Source of the DNA: Centroscyllium fabricii
Lineage: Eukaryota
NCBI GenBank assembly: GCA_051313645.2
Contig: JBNRSN020000022.1
Coordinates: 27,156,001-27,220,000 of the forward strand
Direction: 5' to 3'
Length of the DNA: 64,000 nt
Positions 48,080 through 58,873 of this stretch are shown here, piece by piece. Numbering within the stretch: the first letter of the stretch is position 1; each line of letters opens with the position of its first letter. The position numbers and the translations under genes are program-made. The notes beneath the pieces were generated by a model. It made no database searches. It saw only the letters and a program-made list of their open reading frames with translations, and had not been told where the DNA came from.

Positions 48080-49741
48080 ATCAGGACGGTAAAACTTTGG
48101 AGTCTGCCGCTTTTGAGTTTCCGTATTCCGCCCAACAAGCAGAACTGTTCGCATTAATACGAGCTTGTATTTTAGGGAAGGACTTAAAGGTTAACGTTTA
48201 TACAGACTCGAGATATGCCTTCGGAGTGGTTCATGATTTCGGACAATTATGGAAGAACAGAGGGTTCCTAACCTCTGCAGGAACACAGATATCCCATCAG
48301 AAATTAGTATCTGACTTGCTACAAGCCCTCATGCTACCAAAACAGATCTCCGTTATAAAGTGCTCTGCACACACGGCAGGACAAACCCCAGTAGATATAG
48401 GGAATAGATGCGCTGACCAGGAAGCTAAGGAAGCGTCCCAGGAACAATGAGTGGTTGTGCCTAGAATGATGAGCCAGACTAAAAGCTCAAATAAAAGCAA
48501 ATCTCCCTTGGAAAAGCCAATGCCAACCATCCAAGACGTCATTAAGTTACAGGAGGACGCTCCTGACTGTGATAAAGGACTGTGGAAACAGCTCGGTTGT
48601 ACATATGATTGTATGTCTAAACTATGGGTCACCCCTTCCGAGCAAACTTGTATGTCAGATGAGCTAGCATTATGGGTTATTGAATGTATACACTTTGCAA
48701 CTCATTGTGGTGCCAGAGCAACTAGTGACACGCTATTAGCTACAGGGTGGCATCCTAGATTACAATCTCTGGCTCAAGGTATTAGTAGTCACTGCCTCAT
48801 TTGTCAGCAGCATAACCCGGGAAAAGGCATACCTTGTGAAATGGGTAAGACGCCGTTACCCACGGGTCCTTTTGAGACCCTCCAGATGGACTACATTGAG
48901 TTGGAAAGGTGTCAGTGTTATAAATATGTACTGGTTATTGTTGATGTATTTAGTAAATGGATTGAGGCCTACCCGACTACGGATAACAAAGCCTCCAGTG
49001 TTGTAAAAGTTTTAATGAGAGAAATTATTCCCAGGTACGGAATTCCAAAGCGAATAAGTTCAGACAACAGCCCTCACTTCGTGGGTCAGGTAAACAAGGA
49101 ATTCTGCACCCAGATGGGCATCCAACAGCAGCTACATTGTGCCTACAGGCCGCAGGCTGCCGGACTGGTCGAACGTGCTAGCCAGAACTTGAAAAATAAA
49201 CTTGCCAAATTACAGGCCGAGACGGGAACTACCTGGCTCAAACTACACCCCGTGGCCTTGTTCTAAATACGTACTACCCCGGCTGGTGCAGCAAGGTTGA
49301 GCCCTGCTGAAATCATATATGGCAGACCTCTCAAAACCCCGTGGAACCAGGAAGTCCCAAAGACTGTCCACTTTCACCACATGACAGCAGAAATGACTAA
49401 CTATATTTTGTCGTTAACCAGGGCATTGAGAGGTCTGCGCTCCCGGGTACGCGCTGCCTACGTCAACCTCCCTCCTATAGCCAGTCCGTCCAAAATCGAG
49501 CCCGGAGCTTATGTATTGATCAAGAACTGGACAAGAAAAGGATTGGAACCTCGTTGGGAAGGACCCTTTCAAGTCCTACTCACCACCCCAACTGCTGCCA
49601 AAGTAGAGGGAAAGAGTGCTTGGGTTCACCTCCACCACTGTAAAATTGGCAGTAATGGTATGCCTAAAACTTAAAGAATGCTAACCTCTCTCTTTCTTCC
49701 AAGAAATTTCTCCTTAAACAGACGTGCCGTGCCGACCGGCC

Positions 49742-51649
49742 ATGCAGACGCCACTATGGATCCTCTCCATCGGTGTCTTGCTCACTCCTGGAATAACTCA
49801 ACATGCCGGCGGGACCAACCCAAGCGGGTACACCATCTATGCCAAGGAGACGTGCTTCAGTGCAATGATGGTAACCCAAGAGGGTTCGGGAAATGGAACG
49901 TGATCAACTTGGACACCTACATTGGGCTTTTCAGACAGCCCCACTGCTCGCTAGTGCTGAGAAACAATCACAGAGGGACATTGCCATGCTATCGGACTGA
50001 GTGTAAATTTGATTATGTTTGCCGACGTCAAGCGGCCGAGTCTGTTACTGCAGGACCAGGCCTTAGAACTACAGATACCGAAAAACAAAATCGTTATCTA
50101 AAGTTCAATCAGGAAAGGAAGACAAATGGGCTGCCCCCTATGAGCAGCTTCGACTATTTTAGGTTAGAAGGTGCCCTCGCAAAAAGACGTAAATGAGATC
50201 ACCAACACACTTTCCCTGAAGAAACCCCGACGGGTAACCTATTCCTCCAGACTCACGCAGCCCTATACTCAAAGTCAATTGTTTGTTATCCGCCCCTGAA
50301 ATCTGTTGAGGGGTTGTTTGCCCCAACCCCGGTTATTGTTCCCCCAGACTTTCTTTTAGATACTCACCTTCCCCCTCCCACAATTACCCTATACCTTAAC
50401 CTCGCCCGCCAATTGCCTGAGACTAAGCAGGAACCCTGGTGGCTATGAGAATTGTTGGAATGGGACGGGCTATGGTTGTAGGTCGCTATGGGTTAAACAG
50501 AACTACACCTGCTTGGTGACACGCTGCCTCCACCATCAATGTGCGGTAGGACCGGACACCGGTAGCTGCACATGTGAGCAATCCGTATGTGTGCCGATAA
50601 CCGAAGGAGTACAAGTTCTATGTGGAGAAAGGAATGGGACAGCTCTGAAGGTAGAGGGGGAAACCTTTATTATAGTACAAATAGCTAATACCCAGCCTGC
50701 TGATACGTCAGATACTCTTGAGATCCGAAGTTTAGACTATTTCCTTCCCCTGAGCCATTTAAGCACAAGGCGGAAAAACATACCCGGGATATATACCAAA
50801 CCCGGCTATTTTTTCTTGAGCCAAGGAAAAGCTACTAATTACATGGTAGTAGATATCACCCCCCCCACCCCCCCGGGACTGTAGCCATCGCTACCTTAAC
50901 CCCATACCACAGTACCTTGCCCCTACCAATGGACACCCCACCGAAAAATAGTAGCCAGGGCAGCCTCGGAAGAGTTTTGCTCCAAGTGGAAAGATCCTGA
51001 ATCCCTAGGAGGACACGGAACATCTATAGGATATGGATTTGCTGGCCTGTTCTCTATAGGCTATACTGGAGCCTATCTGGCCACCAATAACCGGATCTAC
51101 CTTATCTGTGGCCTCACCATACTGGGTAATGCTACCATGGGGGCCCTCGACGCAGTCACTGAAGAATTGTCGGAACTCAAGTTGTACACTATGCAGAATA
51201 GATATGCCCTAGACTACCTGCTGGCCCGAGAAGGTGGTGCCTGTGCAATAGTAAAAGGTAAATGCATTATGGGAGTCCGAGACCAGATAAAGAACATCAC
51301 CCACTTTATCACTAAGATAAGGGAACAAATGGATAATATGAAGGAAGCAAGTAACTGGGGAGACTGGGGATTTGGAGGATGGTCTGACTGGTTGGTAAAT
51401 ATGGCTATGTACTTAGTAGTTGCAATCGTCTGTATCTTTGTTGGACTAGCAATCATGAAATGTGTGTTAGGAAGAATGCAGCTAGCTTTGGAAAAAATAG
51501 GTGCCCCAAAGATGTTAATAGTAAGACAGACCAATGAATGTGAAGTGAAGAAAGTGGAAGATGAAGTAAAGTACAATGATGAAGAGTTTAAACGACTGAA
51601 TAGGTTAGACGTAACCGAATATGAGCCCCATAACGGTTGGTTATCATAG
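49742..51649 (+). pseudogene. env: ERV env, frameshifted
   Basis: Upstream CTAAC, pyrimidine tract and AG acceptor; signal peptide MQTPLWILSIGVLL; ISD MQNRYALDYLLAREGG; CX6C; TM helix. Confidence 0.9.
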
Positions 51650-52239
51650 AATGATAAAAGGAGGGAATGAGAATACAAAGGTCAGTGAAGAAACAAAACT
51701 GTAAATGCGCAAAGAAGTAAGAAACTAATCGGATCTCTAGTGGCTAAAATAGCTGGCGCCCACGATGTTGCCCCATGCTGATAAGGAACAATGTAGGGCG
51801 GTGTGCAGCAATTATGCAGAATCTTAACCGCATCACGTGATCATTACTTAGCTGTAACTCAATCATAGTATGCAGCCTGCCCAGCTCGAAATGTCATAAC
51901 TGCCAGACAAGGAAACAGCTCGAAATGCCATAACTGCCAGACAAGGAAATCAAGTTAAAAGTATACGTGCACAGCTCATGATTGGCGCAGAATGTATGCT
52001 GTGTTAATGCTTTCACAATGTATGTATAAATATGCAACACGCTGTATGTCAAACTGCTCACTCTGTTGGACTCGTCTGACTCTTGCAGGAGTCAGTGCCG
52101 ATATACCAGAGTAAAGCCCCGCGGACAATAAATCTGTTGAACTTTCCAGTTGTATTCGACTCAGTGATTGCTGAACCAGACTGAGGGTAAAAGAATCCGT
52201 ATTATCCTTCTCAGCAATTTTCCAGATAGAAACAATTCC

Positions 52240-52625
52240 CAACAGCATTCCATGACACTCCAGTTCAGTGCTGAGGGAGTGCTGCACTGTCGGAGGTGCC
52301 GTTTTTCGGATGAGACGTTAAACCGAGGCCCCATCTGCTCTCCCAGGTGGATGTAAAAGATCCCAGGGCACTATTTCGAAGGAGAGCAGGGGAGTTCTCC
52401 CTGGTGTCCTGGGCCAATATTTATCCCTCAATCAACATCTAAAACAGATTGTCTGGTCATTATCACATTGCCGTTTGTGGGAGCTTGCTGTGCGCAAATT
52501 GGCTGCCGCGTTTCCTACATTACAACAGTGAAAGCACTTCAAAAAGTACTTCATTGGCTGTAGAGCATTTTGAGACGGCCGGTGGTTGTGAAAGGTGCTA
52601 TATAAATGCAAGGCTTTCTTTTTAT
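52240..52625 (+). mobile_element. DeuSINE (SacSINE1-like)
   Basis: Well-preserved core and tail; another 3' fragment lies at about 39770-39900. Confidence 0.85.
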
Positions 52626-54381
52626 GTGACTCATGAATAAGGTACCTAGGGTTTGCCTTCTTCCTCGTCATTTTTAGTCTCATCGCTTCACTCGTGTTTC
52701 TTGTGGACCAGCTGAAGTAGGGTGGGGGGCAAGGCTCGTGTGGAGCATAAACCCCGGTGTAGAGCAGTTGGGCCGAATGGCCGGTTTCTGTGCTCTGAGT
52801 TCTATGTAATTCTATGCTGGAAGTGCTTTGGCCCTGGAGGAAGGGAACAATCCCATTAGCGCCACACAAGGTGCCACAATACAAATGAACCGGACATTAA
52901 AGGTCCCCCCCCTTTAAAACTGGCTGCACGCTGTAAATAACAACAGGTGCCCTGCCAATATTTACACAGCAGGTTGTCAAGCTTTGCTCTGATAGTTTGT
53001 TATTGGACCTGCTCGATCTCACCTGCCGCCTTGTGTCTCCCTGCGATTATTATTTAGAGATACTGTCGCACGTGTGAAATCCACACGTCAGTATTTGGCA
53101 AACGCTGCAGAAAATTAGTTTTTTGTTAAATCAGTTTGTAGTGTGCAGAAATAGTGACAATTCCACCCAGTTAATCTACTGCCCTACCTGGGATCTCACC
53201 ATCTCACAGGGGTAATATGCACGCATCCGGGGAGGGCGGGGGGGGGGAGGGGGAAGAAGCTTATGGATGAAAACATCAGCAAATTGTGATGAAAAGTATT
53301 TCTGCTACTTGCTGGAGGGCTGATTGCTTGAAGTGATCCCAGTTATTTGGCTCCATGCCAGTTAGTAGCCAACACTGTTCTCACAGCAGGTGGGATAAGG
53401 TCCGTCAGCAAGAAATTACTGTTGACAGTACTAACTGATGACTGCTTAACGCGTTGGTATGAAATTCTTCTGTCTGCTATTTTAATGCAGGCATTAATCT
53501 GTTTATTTTAACTGGGTTAGCACCTCCATTAAAATAACGAACAGATGAACGTCATACGAACGCATTCAGCATCTGTCAGCTGCTATCCCCGACCGTAATT
53601 TCTAGGGTAATGTTCCTTCAATTAACACCCAAAGATCCCCAATGGATCAAGCCCACACTCGCTGACTGCAGCCTCCCAGGTCTGCTCCTGTCCACTGCAC
53701 TGAGGAGAGAAGTCTGCTGTACAGGGAGTGGGACAGATGGTCTCTGTGGAATATTCGCAGGCTGTGTTGTGGTCCTTCTTTTATAGCTCCATAAAACATG
53801 AGGATTTGTTTCTCACTTGCATCCTGCACATGTGCAGCAGCTGCCCAGCTGTCAGTCCTGAGGTACGGCTGATTCCAGCGGCGGCAAACAAATTATAAAC
53901 CTATCTAAATATTTCCCCTCCGAACTAAAAACAGAGTACCCACCCTTCGCCCGCCCCCTCGACACCTTCATAGTTTAACTACTGTGGATCGATCAATACA
54001 ATAACAACCTGCCCCGACATTAATAGTAACAAGGCAGTAGCCTCCCTTCCAGTAACAGGGACATGGCAATAGTTCCCCATCCGAATCCAGAAACAGAGGA
54101 CTAACACCCCCCTGCCCCCCAGCAAAAACAGTGACAGGGCAACACATTCCCCCGAGAAATATTAACAGGAATATATCCCTTCTCCAGAATCAGTAACAGG
54201 GCAATTGTTCCCTCTCCCCAGCTCACCCCCCACCCCCCCCCCGAGAAATGGTAACAAGGAAATAGCCCCTGCCATGACACAGTAATAAGGCACTTTCTTA
54301 TTAGCAACAGCACTGTAACCAAATACAGAAATTGATCTAAAGTAGAGTGAGGTCGAATGATATTCACCACTTGGACACAGA

Positions 54382-55212
54382 GGGGTACATTTTCATTGAG
54401 CCGTGATGCAGGCTTTTCAACGGGGAGGGCCGCAAAATTGCAAAACCGGGGGCTCCCGACAACCCCCACCCCGCTGGATCTCCGCCGCTTTGTGATTTCC
54501 CGCCACCGTGTCTACCCGCCCCGAATCATTCCCACCGGCGGCCGGCGGGGATGGTCGTTCGGCTCATTAGGGACCCTTAATTGGCATGTATAATGCCATT
54601 TTAACAGCCCCCCGCAATTTTGAAGCATTTCCCACCCATAACCCACCAGCCTGAAACCCCGCTGGTGAAACCTAGTGGGGACACATTCGGTTTGGTGACT
54701 TCACCTTCAAGGCATTCAAACAGCTGTAGCAGAATGCCTTCCTGGGCTCCAGCATGCTGGAGGTCTAACTGTCTCCCTAGGGTGAACAAGATCAGTGGGA
54801 AAAAACCTTTCAAAACCTCACCTTCCAGCTGATTTCTACTGATTGACAGATAGGTCTTCCCTAGCTGTCAAGAGGTTGCCAGTGAAACAAACTACTTACA
54901 GTTGTCAATCATCGACTAGTGGTGAGCTTATGTTTACAGGGCTTTATGATGTCATAATCCACTGAATCAACAGAAACAACCAAAACAAACGACTTAGAGT
55001 TGTCAATCATGGGCTCTGGTGGTTACACAGCGGGAACCCCGCCCGCTTTCTGTCTTAAATCAATCAATTGGCCGGGGGTTCCCACACGCGGGGAATCAAT
55101 TGGCCAATTGAGCCGAAATTGTGTGGGGCTCCCAGGCCCTTTAACATTCGGGTCAGAAACCTGACCCGCCCGAAACCCACCAATTCCCCGCAGCTTCGGG
55201 AAAATTTACCCC
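54382..55212. mobile_element. Diverged Harbinger-type MITE related to family A
   Basis: GGGGTACATTTTC...GAAAATTTACCCC; shares cccttaattggcatg and ccccgctggtgaaacc blocks with family A. Confidence 0.78.
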
Positions 55213-55215
55213 GAA

Positions 55216-57002
55216 GGACTCGATTTTAATAGCCGAGGAGGCGGGTAGGCAGCGAAAATCAGAAAAAATGGCTTCAGACTGCCAACCCGCCTCCATCCCG
55301 CCCCCACCTGATTTTCATGAGTATCGGGTGACCCGACTAGAACCGATGGGACAGGTAGTTAAGGCAGTTAAGAGCCTGTTAACTGCCTTGCTAATCCTAT
55401 TTTTATAGTAGATTTCCATTTTCGTGCTTCTGGCTCCTGTTTCCCATCTTAGAAACATAGAAACATAGAAGATAGGAGCAGGAGTAGGCCATTCGGCCCT
55501 TCGAGCCTGCTCCGCCATTCAACAAGATCATGGCTGATCATCCAAACCCAGCACCCCGCCCCTGCCCTCTCCCCACATCCCTCGATCCCTATCGAGCCTG
55601 CATCCCACCCTATCCCTGTAACCCCACCTATTCAATCCCCCTAACACTAAGGGTCAATTTATCCTGGCCAATCAACCTAACCCGCACATCTTTGTCAGAA
55701 ACACACCAGCTGCAGGGAGATGAGTTTCTCGAGGCCATCATTTTTAGTCATTATTGGTGCAGCACTTTAAAAGCACTCCTGGAACATAACTGACATTCAA
55801 ATGCAACAAATTTGTTGTTGGAGGTTTGGGCTAATATTTTGCAAATCTAATGACCTTGTGACTGTACAAGCTGATACCCATCTGCAGTGTGATCTGATTG
55901 GAATAATTTCAGGCCACTTTGAGTGTGCGCTTGCAAGCTTCTTGCCTCAACTGAAATCTATAACAACAGGATGGGAACCATTTATATCATCTCATCCTGG
56001 TCATCACATCTGGAGGAAGAGCAGCCGTGGCAGCAACAGCAGCTGAACCAACCACAACAGCAACACCAGCATCAAGAGCGCCAGGCTCCTCCTCACCCAC
56101 CTGATGTTGCACAGAACACAGAGCATCAGCCCCTGATTAAAATTGCTGGCTGGGAGACCAGCGATGGTGTCACCATGGCCAGATTTTCTTTACTTGATGC
56201 GGTTAACCCTGGCTGCCACATGATGTGCCAGGTTGACACCATCCTACACCAGCACCATGAAGCATCCCTCTGATGTCCAAGCCATTCCATGCACACACCT
56301 CACTATAGCGAGGGGGGGCGGGGGAGTTATGACTGAACAAACACTGGAAATCAGTAAGACACTTCTCAATGTGCGCTCAGATCTGTTCAATAAGGGGCAC
56401 TTTTGGAAAAAGAGATCTCACTGTATGACAACACATTATCAGAAACTTCACATGGACATTGGGTAAACCTCTCACGTGCCTACCCCTGTGTGTTGTTAGT
56501 TGGTATGCTTACAGTAGGATGAGGGTGAGAGTGAGGGGTGGCTAGTGAGACGGGGAAGTGATAAAGTAGATAGAGGGGGTCGGGTGGAGGTTCGAGGTAT
56601 GTTGGAGTCCTGGGGAGGTCTCTTCTGCCCTTGGAAGGGAAGAGAACCTCCCTGTGTGCTGTGACTCCCTCCATAAGCATATGGAGGGAGTCACTGGAGA
56701 GTCTGGGTGAAAGTGTTCACCTTTGTGCAGTGATTGTCAGTGTTTGCAGTACCTCAATGCTGTTAAACACTGACAGAACAACTGTCGAAATAAAATTATG
56801 CATGGTCCCTTTAAGGAAACCGGCAGATGACGCGTCATCAAATTACATCATCAGACCCGCTTCCCGTTAATTGGCCGTTTAGCTCGCAGGGCAGGCTTAA
56901 CAGGGCCACTCAAGAGAAAATCACGTCTGCAGAACGGAGGCAGCTGGGGAGGGACTGGATCCCAGAAATCAGCTGACCCGCCCCCAGAATTAAAATGCGT
57001 CC
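55216..57002. mobile_element. Internally deleted Harbinger transposon with a Myb/SANT-like remnant; contains a truncated V-SINE (55451-55693, minus strand)
   Basis: GGACTCGATTTTAA...TTAAAATGCGTCC TIRs; the minus strand at 56620-56708 reads PRLSSDSLHMLMEGVTAHREVLFPSKGRR. Confidence 0.65.
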
Positions 57003-57817
57003 AAATCCCTCCCTCCCTCCCCCTTGGACATGAGGCCTCAGTGTTTTCCATCCCTCCCCTGGAATCAAAGCCTCAGTGACATGCCAATTAATGGTCCTTA
57101 ATGAGCCTAACGACCATCCCCGCCGGTGGTGGGCGGGACTGAAGCGGGCCGATCGGACCCTCCAGGCTGAAATTCACAAGCTGGCGGGAAACCGGCAGGA
57201 GGGGTCGCAACCACCCGTTTCCGTGATTTTACCTCCCCGGCCGCCGAAAAAGCCGCCTGTCGACTCATTGACAATTGACTACAATGCCTTGACTTCAATT
57301 TTCCTTTCAGGCATTTAACAATCCTGTTTAACAACAACTATTGAGACAATTGTAGAAATGCCTGTTCATTGTAAAGATTTACGATGTAAGTTAGTGAATA
57401 GAATACGTTAAGGCAGTGAGTGGCTGGAGCATGCAGAGCACGAACCCAGGCTCAAATGTAGTCAGTGTTGAGTTAGCTGCTGTCACCTGGGATGATGACA
57501 GGAACACTACAATCGGGTGCAAAGCCCCTGGGATAGGGAGGGTAAAATCAGTTCCTGCTCCTGAATGCTGTCCAGTGACCCCTGGCAGAAGTGTGCACGT
57601 ACAGACATCTGGTGAGGACAAGATTTCCCTCCGTGGGAGAATAGCTTGATGACACTAGCAGACAAGGCTCACACCTCGTCACTTGGGCAATGAAAGCAGG
57701 AGAAGGGTAAAAGGATGGGAAAGAAGGCGTTAAATGCAAGAGCAACTAAGCTGTACTGTCCTCTACTGCTTCAAATGCACCGGGTCGAAGAGGCAATTAC
57801 TCTGGCAGGAGACTGAC

Positions 57818-57935
57818 CTGAACCTTTGGTGACCACGAGCTTCGCCTTGCTGCGTACACCATCGCCCTTTGTTGTGTAGGCTGCCACGGTGATGGAATAC
57901 ATCGTGTCTGGCTGCAGCCCAGAGATGACCATCTC
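57818..57935 (-). CDS. PTPRS: PTPRS exon, second half of FNIII-5 (EMVISGLQPDTMYSITVAAYTTKGDGVRSKAKLVVTKGS)
   Basis: tag acceptor and gtcagt donor; 118 nt, phase 0-1; LAR-family VAAYTTKGDG motif. Confidence 0.95.
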
Positions 57936-58542
57936 CTACCATTGGAAACACATTGTTTTGAAATGAGAAGATAATTAGGAATCTAAATTGGCGAAATTCA
58001 AAAAATGTAAACAGCCCCGCGTACAAAATGGACACCTTCAAACTAAGAAACATAAAACATGCAAATGAAAACTTGGAGCAGAATCCTTTTAGCACAGACA
58101 CCATCCCAGAAGTCCCAAATATTGATTCTCGGATTCTGCTGAAATTACTTCATGCTTCAAGCGCTAGCTTTGGCCGGCGTTCAGACTTCAGCTCCTTTCC
58201 CCAGAGACGCCAGGCCACTGGGCACAGTGCCAGTTGGAGACGTGGTACCAGGCCTACATGGTTAGGTGATCATTCCCCCACAGCTGACACATCTGTACAT
58301 GAACTACAGAGTGACAATGGTGGGAGGTAGGGGAGCGATCGCTCGACCAGAACCTTTGGGAATGCCGTGATCAAACACTATTCACGAAATGCGAAAAGAA
58401 AACAAAACACGGCAAACAAAAGGGTATCATGCCATGCAGATTCAGCACACCAATATTTGTAGCGTTTCTGAACATCAAAAGATGGCATTTTGCAGGAACA
58501 GAAAAACACAAGAGACTGCAGAAAATCAGGCACTTTACTCAC

Positions 58543-58569
58543 ATATTCTGCAGTGTTGTCAGTCTCCCA
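58543..58569 (-). CDS. PTPRS: PTPRS mini-exon C (27 nt, WETDNTAEY) within FNIII-5
   Basis: Minus strand reads ...ttgctcag|TGG GAG ACT GAC AAC ACT GCA GAA TAT|gtgagt; phase 0-0; resembles PTPRS meC (WETDDTAEY). Confidence 0.92.
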
Positions 58570-58873
58570 CTGAGCAACAGGAGGAAGGCAAGAGAGAGAG
58601 AGACAAAAAACAAAAAGAATAGAGGATGAAGCAAGAGTTTCAAGGCATCTATGGTGGCTTTGCTTGGAACAGGCACAAAGGACACAAGGCTGTTCAAGAT
58701 GCACAACAGAAAACAGGCACCACGATGAGAAAGCTGAATACCAACATTCACAGTCAAAAGGAGGAGTAGTAAAACAGTGCGGCAGAACACTGTGTGGTCA
58801 TGTCTGGGGCCCGGGCTGGAATTTAGCACCGACAGGCAAAAGGATGGAAGGTCGTCCTTCTCCAAGACCTTTG

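Larger units (their letters stand above)
44455..49674 (+). pseudogene. pol: ERV pro-pol (PR, putative 2H-phosphoesterase, RT, RNase H, IN), disrupted
   Basis: FLVDTGA, LPQGFVNSP, QYVDDLL, YADGS, YTDSRY, HHCC, QMD/SDN/VER, RWEGPF; split by a MITE and a SINE. Confidence 0.93.
41355..52207 (+). mobile_element. Full-length degenerate endogenous retrovirus, class I (epsilon-like)
   Basis: LTRs at 41355-41893 and 51668-52207 (about 19 substitutions and 2 indels); 4-bp TSD TTCT; Leu-type PBS TGGCGTCAGAAGTGGGAT at 41896; PPT at 51656-51667; gag-pol-env order. Confidence 0.96.

Noticed and set aside
49742-51649. Domesticated, syncytin-like env
   Set aside because: Several stops and frameshifts; only the TM portion remains open.
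55923-56273. Poly-Q ORF
   Set aside because: Lies inside a decayed Harbinger element and is not a credible host gene.
1919-58569. Assignment to PTPRD or PTPRF
   Set aside because: me[17 protein letters not shown] and RRSLR.RQL fit PTPRS better, although a phylogeny or synteny check is needed to be certain.
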